Shown here in pieces: positions 29,228-39,796 of a DNA stretch of 64,000 nucleotides. The stretch covers positions 500 through 64,499 of the forward strand of contig JABIEF010000071.1 in the NCBI GenBank assembly GCA_018651345.1, read 5' to 3'. The translations under genes were made by a program, and so were the position numbers. This stretch comes from Rhodobiaceae bacterium. GTDB taxonomy: Bacteria; Pseudomonadota; Alphaproteobacteria; Rhizobiales; TMED25. The notes beneath the pieces were generated by a model. That model was given only the letters and a program-made list of their open reading frames with translations. It did not search any database and was not told where the DNA came from. Each line of letters begins with the position of its first letter. Position 1 is the first letter of the stretch.

Positions 29228-30406
29228 CTACTTATTTAATAAAAACTTTTTAATATTTTTAGCCGCTTGTCTTATTCTATGTTCATTCTCAACTAATGCA
29301 ATTCTTACAAAACCTTCTCCGTCTGCACCAAAACCGATACCTGGTGCAACAGCAACTTTAGTATTTTGCAAAAGAAGCTTAGAATACTCTAAGGAACCCA
29401 ACTCTTTGTACTTATCAGGTATTGGTGCCCAAGCAAACATTGTAGAATCTGGAGACGGTACAACCCAACCAGCCCTACCAAATGATGATACAAGTACATC
29501 TCTTCTCTTTTTATAAGCCTGCCTAATGTCTTCAATGCAATCTTGAGGTCCATTTAGAGCGGCTGCAGAGGCAACTTGTATTGGTGTAAAAGCGCCATAA
29601 TCCAGATAAGACTTGACTCTAGTTAAGGCTGAAATAATTCTTTCATTACCAACTGCAAATCCCATTCTCCATCCTGGCATAGAATAAGTTTTTGACAATG
29701 AAGTGAATTCAACAGCTATATTTTTTGCTCCTTGTACCTGTAATATTGATGGCGGAGGGTTATTTTCAAAGTAAATTTCTGCATACGCTAAGTCTGAAAG
29801 AACTATTAGTTCATGTTTTTTTGAGAATGAAATTATATCTTTATAAAAATCCAGCGTTGCGCTCATACAAGTTGGGTTAGATGGATAATTTAATACCAAA
29901 ACCTTTGGCTTTGGATATGAATTACAAACTTCATTTTCCAAAGATATCATAAATTTTTCATCAGGAGATGCCGGCATGTTTCTTATAATACCACCAGACA
30001 TAATAAAGCCAAATTGATGAATTGGATAAGTAGGATTTGGAGCAAGAATTATATCCCCAGGTTTTGTAATTGCTTGTGCAATATTAGCAAAACCTTCTTT
30101 AGAGCCTAATGTAGCAACTACTTCAGTTTCAGGGTTAAGCTTCACTCCAAATCGTCTTTGATAATAAGCAGCTTGAGCTTTCCTCAGCCCTATAATACCC
30201 TTTGAAGCAGAGTACCTGTTTGTTTTTGGTTTTTTAACGGTTTCAATTAATTTTTCTGTAATATGATTAGGAGTTGGCATATCAGGATTTCCCATACCCA
30301 AATCGATAATATCATCACCTTTTGTACGATATTTTGCTTTTAATTGGTTAACACCCTCAAAAACATAGGGTGGTAATTGTTTAATTCTGTGAAATTCTTC
30401 TTTCAT
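29228..30406 (-). CDS. class I/II PLP aminotransferase (AlaC / LL-DAP-aminotransferase-like)
   Basis: Has the N-terminus RIKQLPPYVFEGVNQLKAKYRTKGDDIIDLGMGNPD and PLP-lysine region SLSKTYSMPGWRMG. The exact substrate cannot be assigned from sequence alone. Confidence 0.85.
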   Translation of the reverse strand: MKEEFHRIKQLPPYVFEGVNQLKAKYRTKGDDIIDLGMGNPDMPTPNHITEKLIETVKKPKTNRYSASKGIIGLRKAQAAYYQRRFGVKLNPETEVVATLGSKEGFANIAQAITKPGDIILAPNPTYPIHQFGFIMSGGIIRNMPASPDEKFMISLENEVCNSYPKPKVLVLNYPSNPTCMSATLDFYKDIISFSKKHELIVLSDLAYAEIYFENNPPPSILQVQGAKNIAVEFTSLSKTYSMPGWRMGFAVGNERIISALTRVKSYLDYGAFTPIQVASAAALNGPQDCIEDIRQAYKKRRDVLVSSFGRAGWVVPSPDSTMFAWAPIPDKYKELGSLEYSKLLLQNTKVAVAPGIGFGADGEGFVRIALVENEHRIRQAAKNIKKFLLNK

Positions 30407-30503
30407 TGCCAGCTCTCATAAGTCAAATAATACTAATAAACTATAGATAAATATAAATCATATTCAAAGGAATAAATTACTTCTGTGCAGTTATTCAAAA
30501 ATA

Positions 30504-31568
30504 TTATGGGAACAATGCGATTTGATTTAAGCCCATTGTTTCATCCCATCCCATTCTAATATTCATATTCTGCAAAGCTTGACCACTAGAGCCTTTTACT
30601 AAGTTATCAATTACCCCAATAATAGTAACTGAGTTATCCATACGATCCTTATATAATCCAATATGACACATATTAGAACCTCTGACATTTAATGTATCTG
30701 GATTAATACCACTATCCAAAACTTTTACAAATGGTGTCTCTTTATAGCTATTCTTATAAAAGTCAAATAGTGAATTGAAATCACACCCATTCATTAATTT
30801 AGCATGGATAGTAACAATTTCTCCTCTACTCATAGGAACCAGATGTGGTGTAAAATTTATTTTAACATCACTATCATTTGATAACTTAGATAACTCTTGC
30901 TCAATTTCAGGAATATGTCTGTGGTTGGCAACCGAATAGGGTTTTGCACCCTCACCTACTTCACAGAATAATAATTCTTTTTTAGCAGAACGACCGGCTC
31001 CAGAAATCCCTGATTTAGCATCAATAATGATATTATTAACATCTAACATTCCAGATTTAACGCCTGGCGCAAGGCATAATAAAGAAGCTGTTGGGTAACA
31101 CCCGGGACAAGCAATAAAATTACTTGATTTAATATTATCTTTATATAATTCAGAAAGACCGTAAACGGATGATTCTAGAATTTTACTTAATATTTTATCA
31201 TTCTTTGCTTCGTGGTCACGACCATACCAAGTTTTATAAACATCAGGATCTTTTAATCGAAAATCGGCAGAGAGGTCTATTATAATATTACTAGTAGGCA
31301 TATTTTTAATAATATCCTGTGAGCTTCCATGCGGTAAGCAGCTAAAAATAATATCAACAGAGTCCCAATTACAATCTTCCCACTTTTTAAATGTATTTAA
31401 ATTTAATTGATTTAAATGTGGAAAAAAATTTGATATTTTCTCACCGGCATTAGTATTTGCAGAAGCATACTTAATATTTACATTACTATGTAACGATGAT
31501 AGGCGAATTAAATCAAAACCAGTATAACCAGAAGCACCAAGTATTCCAATATTTATAGTGTCAGACAT
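30504..31568 (-). CDS. argC: N-acetyl-gamma-glutamyl-phosphate reductase
   Basis: Has the N-terminus IGILGASGYTGFDL and active-site Cys motif ACPGCYPTASLL; 354 aa. Confidence 0.93.
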   Translation of the reverse strand: MSDTINIGILGASGYTGFDLIRLSSLHSNVNIKYASANTNAGEKISNFFPHLNQLNLNTFKKWEDCNWDSVDIIFSCLPHGSSQDIIKNMPTSNIIIDLSADFRLKDPDVYKTWYGRDHEAKNDKILSKILESSVYGLSELYKDNIKSSNFIACPGCYPTASLLCLAPGVKSGMLDVNNIIIDAKSGISGAGRSAKKELLFCEVGEGAKPYSVANHRHIPEIEQELSKLSNDSDVKINFTPHLVPMSRGEIVTIHAKLMNGCDFNSLFDFYKNSYKETPFVKVLDSGINPDTLNVRGSNMCHIGLYKDRMDNSVTIIGVIDNLVKGSSGQALQNMNIRMGWDETMGLNQIALFP

Positions 31569-31739
31569 TTAAAAACCTCATTAGTTACATTAACATATTA
31601 CGACATGTTTAATATTAATGTAAAAATGTTATAATCTTAAAACTAAAATAAGATTAATTTCTTTACACATTTATAGAATTTAAAATTTTTATATTAATGC
31701 ATTGATATTGGCAAAGAGATTTCTTCAAAATATTTAAAT

Positions 31740-32246
31740 CTAACGTTTTGAGAATTGGAAACTCTTACGTGCTTTTGCACGACCGTATTTCTTTCTTTCA
31801 ACAACCCTTGAATCTCTTGTTAGAAAACCACCACTTTTAAGCACTTTTCTATTATCAGGATCATAATTAAGCAATGCTTTTGAAATGCCGTGCCTAATTG
31901 CACCAGCCTGCCCCGATAAACCTCCACCAGAAACAGTACAGACAATATCGAATTGACCTTTTTTTTCTAATGCAACCAATGGTTGCTCAAGAACCATTCT
32001 TAATACAGGTCTGGCAAAAAACTTATCACAGTTTCTTCCGTTAACTATTATAGACCCCTTACCTGCCTTAACCCAAACACGAGCTATGGCATTTTTTCTT
32101 TTCCCTGTAGCATAAGACCTGCCGAAAGAATCAATTTTTTTTACATAAACAATCTGTTCCTCTATAGGATCAGATATTAGGTTAGATGAATTTAAATTAG
32201 ATTCTAGGTTCTCCAAACTAACATCCATAATTTCTTCTGTAGACAT
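31740..32246 (-). CDS. rpsI: 30S ribosomal protein S9
   Basis: Has the C-terminal [25 protein letters not shown] and core [18 protein letters not shown], with an N-terminal extension of about 35 aa. It has a 1-nt overlap with rplM. Confidence 0.95.
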   Translation of the reverse strand: MSTEEIMDVSLENLESNLNSSNLISDPIEEQIVYVKKIDSFGRSYATGKRKNAIARVWVKAGKGSIIVNGRNCDKFFARPVLRMVLEQPLVALEKKGQFDIVCTVSGGGLSGQAGAIRHGISKALLNYDPDNRKVLKSGGFLTRDSRVVERKKYGRAKARKSFQFSKR

Positions 32247-32713
32247 TATGAAACCCTCCGTTTATTTTTTACATTAAGTGAACCAAAATCCAAGATTTGA
32301 GGTTGTTGAGCCTCATGTGGATGATTGCTACCAGCATATATTTTTAAATTTTTTAGCTGCTTTCTTGAAAGAGGTCCACCAGGCATCATCCTCTGAACTG
32401 CCTTTTGTAAAACTCTTTCTGGAAATTTTCCGTCTAATATCTCGTTAGCTGTTTTGCTTTTTATTCCACCAGGGTAACCCGTATGCCAGTAATATATTTT
32501 ATCTTCTCTTTTTTTACCGGTTAAAAGAACTTTTTCAGCATTTATAACAATTATATTATCTCCGCAGTCCATGTGAGGAGTAAAAATAACTTTATTCTTA
32601 CCTCGTAAATTTGAAGCTATAAGCGATGCTAAGCGACCAAGAACAATTCCATCTGCATCAATTAAAATCCATTTTTTTTCTATATCTGCTTCTTTAGCTG
32701 AATATGTTGCCAT
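32246..32713 (-). CDS. rplM: 50S ribosomal protein L13
   Basis: Carries [29 protein letters not shown] and [10 protein letters not shown] motifs typical of L13. Confidence 0.95.
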   Translation of the reverse strand: MATYSAKEADIEKKWILIDADGIVLGRLASLIASNLRGKNKVIFTPHMDCGDNIIVINAEKVLLTGKKREDKIYYWHTGYPGGIKSKTANEILDGKFPERVLQKAVQRMMPGGPLSRKQLKNLKIYAGSNHPHEAQQPQILDFGSLNVKNKRRVS

Positions 32714-32925
32714 TTTGTAATCTCTGATGTTTAAATTTTTAAATATGATTAATCTTTATTAATTAATAATTTGTATTTATTACTAATTAATAATTTACTT
32801 TCTTAAACTTGTAATAGAAAAAAGTCAATATAAGTTTTATATAAAATATCATTATTTTCTCATACAAAACAATGGATTAAACTATCGGTATTATAATACC
32901 ATTTTTATATCAATAAGCTCTCCCT

Positions 32926-33270
32926 TTAAGAAAACAGGAAATGCGATACAAGTGATAATATTAAATATGATAATAACATTAAAGCTAAACTGGAAAATAA
33001 AGATAAATAAAAATTATAATTTTTAAGCAGCATGTGACTTAACAATAAAAACATTGGTATAGTTGGAATGACTAAAAATACAATCTCTCTAGAAAGGCTA
33101 GCTATCAGCTGTGTATTCTTGGTATCTATATAAAGCCACATAAAAGTTATTAGTGATACAAAGGGGATTGATATCAAAATAGCCGCCACAAATACATTAT
33201 TAGTTTTTTTGCTAAGTTCAGTTGCAATATAAATAATAACAGCTGATATTAATATTTTAATTAACCCCAT
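32926..33270 (-). CDS. hypothetical small integral membrane protein (about 4 TM segments)
   Basis: A 114-aa ORF with an ATG start that is almost entirely hydrophobic. I recognise no family. Confidence 0.5.
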   Translation of the reverse strand: MGLIKILISAVIIYIATELSKKTNNVFVAAILISIPFVSLITFMWLYIDTKNTQLIASLSREIVFLVIPTIPMFLLLSHMLLKNYNFYLSLFSSLALMLLSYLILSLVSHFLFS

Positions 33271-33469
33271 TCACGAACCCCTATGAAGCTATTATTTCAT
33301 AATTATAAAGCTTACTGACGTAATAAAAATTCTGACAATAGAATTATTACACTAATAATTTCTAAATAACAGTAAATATGTTCTACACATTCAATTAAAA
33401 AAGTAAAATATAAATTAAGAATATATGATATAACTATTTATTAAGTATCATAAAATTAGGAGAAATTTA

Positions 33470-34759
33470 ATGTCTGAAACTACCAAAGGATTCAATACCA
33501 ATGCAATCCATGCAGGTGCAAAACCTGATCCTACAACAGGAGCAAGAGCGACTCCTATTTATCAAACTGCTTCATATGTATTTGAAGATACAGATCATGC
33601 TGCTAATTTATTTGCAGGAAAAGCATTTGGAAATATATACACAAGAATAATGAATCCTACACAGGCGGTTCTTGAAGAAAGGGTTGCTGCGTTAGAAGGC
33701 GGTACAGCTGCTTTAGCTGTCGCTTCAGGTCACGCAGCACAATTAATAGCCCTGCACCCTCTACTAAGTGCTGGCAACGAATTCATTGCATCTGACAAAC
33801 TTTATGGAGGATCAATAAATCAATTCACACATTCATTCAAAAAGTTTGATTGGAATGTTAAGTGGGCAAGTGGAAATAATATAGATAGTTATAAAAGTCT
33901 AATTAATGAAAAGACACGTGCAATTTTTGTTGAATCAATAGCTAATCCCGGAGGAATTATTACCGACATAGAGCCGATAGCAAGAATCGCAGAAGACGCA
34001 GGTATTCCTCTAATAGTTGATAATACTATGGCGACGCCCTATTTATGCAAACCATTTGACTTCGGGGCAAATATAATTGTTCACTCGTTAACAAAATTTT
34101 TAGGTGGTCAAGGAAATTCAGTTGGAGGAATCATTGTAGATGGTGGTAACTTCGACTGGTCAAAAAATGATAAATTCCCAGATTTAAGCGAACCTAATCC
34201 ATCCTATCATGGCTATAAATTTCATGAAACTTTTGGAGAAATGGGAATATCATATGCAATTGTATGTAGATTCCTTGCTTTAAGAGATCTAGGTCCTGCA
34301 ATTTCACCTTTCAACGCATTCCTTATATTAAATGGAATAGAAACTGTTGCTCTTCGTATGAAGCAGCATTCAGAAAATGCTTTAAAGGTTGCGGAATATC
34401 TGCAGAATCATGAAAAGGTTGATTGGGTAAGTTATGCAGGACTAAATGATAGTGACTATAAATCTCTTGCAAAAAAATATTGCCCTAACGGTACTGGTGC
34501 AGTATTTACGTTTGGATTAAAAGGCGGATATGATGCCGGAGTAAAATTAGTAAATGGAGTAGAAATGTTTAGTCATTTAGCTAATATAGGCGATGCAAAA
34601 AGCTTAATAATCCATCCAGCATCGACTACACATAGTCAATTAACTGATGAACAGCAAGAAGCATCGGGAGCAGGAAAAGACGTTGTTAGGCTGTCTATTG
34701 GAATTGAAGATGTTAGTGATATTATTGGCGATCTAAAACAAGCTTTAGATGCAATCTAA
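33470..34759 (+). CDS. metY: O-acetylhomoserine sulfhydrylase (aminocarboxypropyltransferase)
   Basis: Carries FNTNAIHAGAKPDPTTGARATPIYQTASYVF and PLP-lysine region HSLTKFLGGQGNSVGG. An AGGAG SD lies upstream of the ATG. Confidence 0.92.
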   Translation: MSETTKGFNTNAIHAGAKPDPTTGARATPIYQTASYVFEDTDHAANLFAGKAFGNIYTRIMNPTQAVLEERVAALEGGTAALAVASGHAAQLIALHPLLSAGNEFIASDKLYGGSINQFTHSFKKFDWNVKWASGNNIDSYKSLINEKTRAIFVESIANPGGIITDIEPIARIAEDAGIPLIVDNTMATPYLCKPFDFGANIIVHSLTKFLGGQGNSVGGIIVDGGNFDWSKNDKFPDLSEPNPSYHGYKFHETFGEMGISYAIVCRFLALRDLGPAISPFNAFLILNGIETVALRMKQHSENALKVAEYLQNHEKVDWVSYAGLNDSDYKSLAKKYCPNGTGAVFTFGLKGGYDAGVKLVNGVEMFSHLANIGDAKSLIIHPASTTHSQLTDEQQEASGAGKDVVRLSIGIEDVSDIIGDLKQALDAI

Positions 34760-34770
34760 TATATTATAGA

Positions 34771-35811
34771 TTAATAGGATGACATCAAATAAGCGTGGCG
34801 TAATGCAATTATGAAAATAATTATTGCGCCACATTGATGTATGGAAGCTAATAATAAAGGTACATTAAAAAGTAAGACGAATATCCCAACCATCACTTGA
34901 AGTGTGATAAATAAAAATAATAATAGCGCTGATCTTTCTATAACAGTCTTCCTGTAACGTAAGAATAAATAATACCAATTTAAAAAAACAATTAAAAATA
35001 TACTATACCCCAACATTCTGTGATCAAATTGAACTGTTAAAGGATTTTCAAAAAAATTTAGATACCATTTTTCAATTACAAACAAACCCTTTGGAATAAT
35101 TTTACCAGACATTAAAGGCCAAGTATTATAAGATAAACCAGCCTTGATCCCGGAAACGAATGCACCCAGTATTATTTGTAAATAAATCAAAATAAGTATT
35201 AAAAAACCGATTAATTTAAGATGCCTTTGACCGCTTTGTATTTCTCTTGGCTTATCGTTTAACTGTAATATAAAAAATACAAGAATTGCTATAATTAAAA
35301 AAGGTATTGCTAGGTGCAAGGCTAATCTATATTGACTTACATCAACACCTTGATTCAACCCACTCTGAACCATATACCAGCCAACAAAAGCCTGTAAAAT
35401 TCCAAGAAAAAGAGCTAATGATAGTGATAATAAATGTTTGGTATTGAATTTACGTTTTATTATAAAAAAAATAAATGGAAACAAAAAAATAAAACCAACT
35501 ATTCTTGCAAAAAACCGATGCCCCCACTCCCACATATAAATTATCTTAAATTCAGATAGTATCATTGTTGAATTAACAGCAGAAAACTCGGGTATCAACT
35601 TATATTTTGAAAATTCTAATTCCCATGCAACTTGACTGAAGGGCAACAGAAAGCCACTTATCGGCTTCCATTCTGTAATAGAAAGCCCTGAGTCTGTAAG
35701 ACGTGTTATTCCACCAATTAAAATAAGTAATATTAACGAACTTATTACACAACAAATCCAAATGTTTATATAGTAAAATTTATTAGATTTATTTAATATC
35801 TTTACATTCAT
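34771..35811 (-). CDS. ctaA: heme A synthase (COX15/CtaA family)
   Basis: A polytopic membrane protein with GGITRLTDSGLSITEWKP, EFKIIYMWEWGHRFFAR and later His-containing helices typical of COX15/CtaA. Confidence 0.85.
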   Translation of the reverse strand: MNVKILNKSNKFYYINIWICCVISSLILLILIGGITRLTDSGLSITEWKPISGFLLPFSQVAWELEFSKYKLIPEFSAVNSTMILSEFKIIYMWEWGHRFFARIVGFIFLFPFIFFIIKRKFNTKHLLSLSLALFLGILQAFVGWYMVQSGLNQGVDVSQYRLALHLAIPFLIIAILVFFILQLNDKPREIQSGQRHLKLIGFLILILIYLQIILGAFVSGIKAGLSYNTWPLMSGKIIPKGLFVIEKWYLNFFENPLTVQFDHRMLGYSIFLIVFLNWYYLFLRYRKTVIERSALLLFLFITLQVMVGIFVLLFNVPLLLASIHQCGAIIIFIIALRHAYLMSSY

Positions 35812-35859
35812 GGTCAGCCAAAGTTTAATGATTATATATATAATATAGGTACAAATTTT

Positions 35860-36057
35860 ATGAAAAAAAGAAGTAAAAAACTTATCGGGTCAATTATAAT
35901 AATATTATATCTTATTATATATGCATTAATAGCTATGAAAATTGGTACAGAAATCTTAAATCAAACTTCAGCTATACTACAAACAGTATATTACGGTATC
36001 TCTGGTATTGTATGGATAATTCCGGTTATGATTATAATGAAAAAAATAGAAAAATAG
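35860..36057 (+). CDS. small two-TM membrane protein (DUF2842-like)
   Basis: It is 65 aa with two hydrophobic helices, a basic N-terminus and an ATG start. It is divergent from ctaA. The family assignment is from memory of the size and topology pattern only. Confidence 0.5.
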   Translation: MKKRSKKLIGSIIIILYLIIYALIAMKIGTEILNQTSAILQTVYYGISGIVWIIPVMIIMKKIEK

Positions 36058-36073
36058 CTATAATTTATATTTA

Positions 36074-36589
36074 TTAGGATGCGCTTGCTAATATATCTCT
36101 AATTAATTTAAGTTCCTTTATTGCCTTCACTACACCCGTTTTATAATTAACATTATCAATATTTAAAATATTTTTTTCAATCTCATTTACATTCTCATGA
36201 ACTTTACTATCCTCAGAGCTAGAACTAACCTCATCAAATAAATCATTCTTGAAAAAAATAACTTGATCATTTTTTATTTCATCTTTTTCAATTTCTGTCT
36301 TGGTAATATAATCTTTATCCTTACCATCATATAATGACATTACATAAGATACCCCATGGTCCTTGAATAGTTTTTGGACACCTTTAATTGTATATGAGTC
36401 TACGTATAATAATTTATTTATTGTTTTCAACAACTTAACGTCATTAGGCCTATAATGTCTTCTTCCACCAGCTCTTGTCATAGGTTTTATTTGAGGAAAC
36501 CTTTTTTCCCAAAAACGTAATATATGCTGATGAACACCCAAGTCCGATGATACTTCGCTTATCGTTTTAAATGCGTGGATACTTTTCAC
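36074..36589 (-). CDS. MerR-family transcriptional regulator
   Basis: Has an N-terminal winged-HTH region [45 protein letters not shown] and a poorly conserved acidic C-terminus. The start is GTG, preceded by GGAG. It neighbours ihfA as in other alphaproteobacteria. Confidence 0.8.
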   Translation of the reverse strand: MKSIHAFKTISEVSSDLGVHQHILRFWEKRFPQIKPMTRAGGRRHYRPNDVKLLKTINKLLYVDSYTIKGVQKLFKDHGVSYVMSLYDGKDKDYITKTEIEKDEIKNDQVIFFKNDLFDEVSSSSEDSKVHENVNEIEKNILNIDNVNYKTGVVKAIKELKLIRDILASAS

Positions 36590-36645
36590 GTTTTTACTCC
36601 AAATATACTATATTTATAATAGATATATTTATTTCTAAGACAAGA

Positions 36646-36945
36646 TTAAAAAATTGATTTATTAATTTTTTTTCTAAGAATAGTACTAGGACGGAAAACA
36701 ACGACTTTCCTAGGGCTTATTATAGCCTCTACACCTGTCTTAGGGTTTCTACCTATTCTTTGCTTTTTTATCCTCAGCAAAAAAGATCCAAAAGCAGAAA
36801 TTTTAATGTTTTGTCCATTTTCTAAACTAGCAATATTTTTTTGAATAATGTTTTCAACAATCTCAAGTGATTCTTTGCGAGAAAGACCCATTTCTCGATA
36901 CACTGCATTACCGATATCGTTTCTTGTTATTGTTTTTATAGCCAT
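36646..36945 (-). CDS. ihfA: integration host factor alpha subunit
   Basis: It is 99 aa and carries the HU/IHF fold signature GFGSF-like ISAFGSFLLRIKKQRIGRNPKTGVEAIISPRKVVVFRPS. Confidence 0.9.
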   Translation of the reverse strand: MAIKTITRNDIGNAVYREMGLSRKESLEIVENIIQKNIASLENGQNIKISAFGSFLLRIKKQRIGRNPKTGVEAIISPRKVVVFRPSTILRKKINKSIF

Positions 36946-37012
36946 AAATTAATCCCCATAGAATTAATGTAATATTCATTTGAAACGCATAAGTCAATAA
37001 ATTTCTTTTCTA

Positions 37013-37987
37013 TCAATACCTTAGAATAGTAGCACCCCAAGTAAATCCAGAACCAAACGATACAAGCATAATTACATCACCTCTTTTAATTTTTCCATCC
37101 TTAATGGCGCAATCCATAGCAATTGGTATCGATGCTGAAGAAGTATTTGCATGTTCTCCAACTGTAATAATTATTTTTTCTTTAGGAAAGTTCAATTTTT
37201 TTGCTGTAGCATCAAGGATTCTAAGATTAGCTTGATGGGGAACAAACCAATCAATTTTATCAATAGTCAAACCTGAAGACAGAAGAACACTATTTACTAT
37301 TGATGTTTGCTTCTCAACAGCATGCTTGTACACTTCTCTTCCATTCATCTGAATATACCGATCATCCTCATCATTAGATGAAGAGCTTCCATTGCAATAC
37401 AATTTATCAGCGTATTGTCCATCTGATTTAATTCTTGTTTTCAATATACCAGCACTTAAATTATCATCTGTACTCTCTGCTGCTTCTAGAATAAAAGCTC
37501 CTGCTCCATCACCGAATAAAATACAAGTAGATCTATCTTTCCAGTTAATAATTCTAGAGTAAGTCTCAGCACCTATAACTAAAATTTTCTTATACTCTCC
37601 TGTTTTTATAAAAGCATTTGCAGTTGTAAGTCCATAAACAAATCCACTACACACTGCATGCAAGTCAAACGCAGCTGATTCCTTAGCTCCAATCATATGC
37701 TGAACTTTGACCGCTGTAGATGGAAAGACTTGGTCAGGGGTTGATGTAGCCAATAAAATTAAATCTAATTCATTTGCATGTATCCCGGAGCTTTCAATAG
37801 CTTTTAGCGCAGCTTCATATGCTAAATCTGAAGTAAACTGGTTATCAGAAGCTATGTGTCTTTGTGTAATTCCTGTTCTTTCAAATATCCATTCGTGGCT
37901 TGTATCAACCATTTTGGCAATATCGTGATTCGTTAATACTTTTTCAGGAAGATAAGAGCCACTGCCCTTTATTATTGATTTAATCAA
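37013..37987 (-). CDS. fabH: 3-oxoacyl-ACP synthase III
   Basis: Has the active-site Cys motif HAVCSGFVYGL, plus VPHQANLRI and GFGSGFTWG motifs. Confidence 0.95.
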   Translation of the reverse strand: MIKSIIKGSGSYLPEKVLTNHDIAKMVDTSHEWIFERTGITQRHIASDNQFTSDLAYEAALKAIESSGIHANELDLILLATSTPDQVFPSTAVKVQHMIGAKESAAFDLHAVCSGFVYGLTTANAFIKTGEYKKILVIGAETYSRIINWKDRSTCILFGDGAGAFILEAAESTDDNLSAGILKTRIKSDGQYADKLYCNGSSSSNDEDDRYIQMNGREVYKHAVEKQTSIVNSVLLSSGLTIDKIDWFVPHQANLRILDATAKKLNFPKEKIIITVGEHANTSSASIPIAMDCAIKDGKIKRGDVIMLVSFGSGFTWGATILRY

Positions 37988-38009
37988 ATTTAATACTCAC
38001 TTTTCTACT

Positions 38010-39035
38010 TTATTGCAACAGACGAAAATCATTTATATTATTTCTTATTTTATCTAAAATGTTAGATCTTGACATATCGATACCTAAATCCACTGCAGAG
38101 GCAAATCCTATGGGATCAGTTGAACCGTGACTTTTTATAACAATTCCATTAAGACCCAAAAAAACACCACCATTAACTTTACTAGGATTCATTTTATCTT
38201 TCAGTGCTCTAAAAGCAGAACTTGCAATAAAATAACCTATTTTTGATAAAAGCGACCTATTTATTGCCGATTTAAAATATTCAGATATTTGTTTTGCAGT
38301 TCCTTCGGCTGTTTTAAGTGCTATATTACCATTAAAACCTTCCATAACCACAACATCTACCTCACCTTTTCCAATGTCATTTCCCTCTACAAACCCTTGA
38401 TAATTAAAAAATAAATCATTATTAGATAATATGTTACTTGCATCGCGTATTTGCTCCAAGCCCTTAACCTCTTCAACGCCTATATTTAATAACGAAACCG
38501 ACGGCCTTGATATATTAAAAATTGACTGTGCCATCGACGCACCAAGTACCGAAAAATCTACTAATTGATTTGCATCGGCCCCAATAGTTGCACCGACATC
38601 CAAAACAATAGATTCACCCTTTATTGTTGGCCAAATAGCAGCAATAGCCGGTCTTTGTATATTTGCCATAGTTCTTAATATTATTTTTGACATTGCCATC
38701 AAAGCACCGGTATTACCTGCAGAAACAACAAAATCAGCTTCACCTATTTTTACTGAATTGATTGACTGCCACATACTAGAATGATTTCTTCCACGTTTTA
38801 ATGCTAGCCCTGGCTTTTCCGCCATACCAATTGAAATAGTAGAATTTACAATAGTAGAAACTTCACTTAACTCTTTAAATTCGAGTAAATTTTTTTGAAT
38901 TTTTTTTTCATCACCGTATAGTATAAACCTTACATCAGGGTTTCTAACATATGACAAAGCTAAACCTGGCAATATAAACGAACCATCGTTATCCCCACCC
39001 ATTACATCAATAGCAATTATTATTGGTTTTACCAT
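38010..39035 (-). CDS. plsX: phosphate acyltransferase PlsX
   Basis: Has the N-terminus IAIDVMGGD and motifs VSAGNTGALMA and IKSHGS. It lies in plsX-fabH order. Confidence 0.95.
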   Translation of the reverse strand: MVKPIIIAIDVMGGDNDGSFILPGLALSYVRNPDVRFILYGDEKKIQKNLLEFKELSEVSTIVNSTISIGMAEKPGLALKRGRNHSSMWQSINSVKIGEADFVVSAGNTGALMAMSKIILRTMANIQRPAIAAIWPTIKGESIVLDVGATIGADANQLVDFSVLGASMAQSIFNISRPSVSLLNIGVEEVKGLEQIRDASNILSNNDLFFNYQGFVEGNDIGKGEVDVVVMEGFNGNIALKTAEGTAKQISEYFKSAINRSLLSKIGYFIASSAFRALKDKMNPSKVNGGVFLGLNGIVIKSHGSTDPIGFASAVDLGIDMSRSNILDKIRNNINDFRLLQ

Positions 39036-39157
39036 GCTAATCTTAATTTATTTAAATAATCAAAGTTTATCAATTAATACTATATTATATAACCAACAAG
39101 TAATATTAAAAAACAATTTATACAGTGACTATTAATGCAAATTATTATTATAGAAGT

Positions 39158-39688
39158 TTAATTCTTCATCCATATGCTATCGGGAAATACATAGGAATTT
39201 TCAATAATCTTGTCCAGAGTCAGGGAATCTAGAAAATGAATCATATTTATTGTATACTCTGAAAGCCTTTCACACTCAATGTCATGCGCGTTAGAATCAC
39301 AAAAAGTATTACGTTTAAAATAATTAATCAATTCGTTGTTTAAATATTTTGATTGTAGAATTTTATCAAGACTCGATATTCTTCCATAAAAAGCTTCACC
39401 AATTTTTTTCATACGTTTTGGAACAGATAAATCTCCAACCCCCGATTCTCTTAGAGCCTGGTCTATATCAGAAAACATTAGATCAAGTACAAGTTGCGAA
39501 AGATTATCATCTTTCTCTTTTTTTAATCTTCTTATAATTAAAATAATATTTACCATGAGCATTTCATACCTGCCATCTATTGTGTCAGGAACTTTAAATT
39601 TTATATATAGATTTTCATTACGTGATAAAGAGGCAAATTTTGCATATATAGAATAATGTGAATCATTTTTTTTAAAAAAATTGAACAT
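39158..39688 (-). CDS. ubiquinol-cytochrome c chaperone (Cbp3-like) family protein
   Basis: It is 176 aa. The VPDTIDGRYEMLMVNIILIIRRL ... DLMFSDIDQALRESGVGDLSVPKRMKKIGEAFYGR pattern is typical of the bacterial Ubiq_cyt_C_chap family. Confidence 0.7.
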   Translation of the reverse strand: MFNFFKKNDSHYSIYAKFASLSRNENLYIKFKVPDTIDGRYEMLMVNIILIIRRLKKEKDDNLSQLVLDLMFSDIDQALRESGVGDLSVPKRMKKIGEAFYGRISSLDKILQSKYLNNELINYFKRNTFCDSNAHDIECERLSEYTINMIHFLDSLTLDKIIENSYVFPDSIWMKN

Positions 39689-39796
39689 TTTATGTTATCT
39701 ATCATTATTAATAAATTATATTTTTATAATCTTTTACAGTAACTGCATTTATATATAATATATATAAAATTAATTTCAAATATAGAGTTTAAAAAA

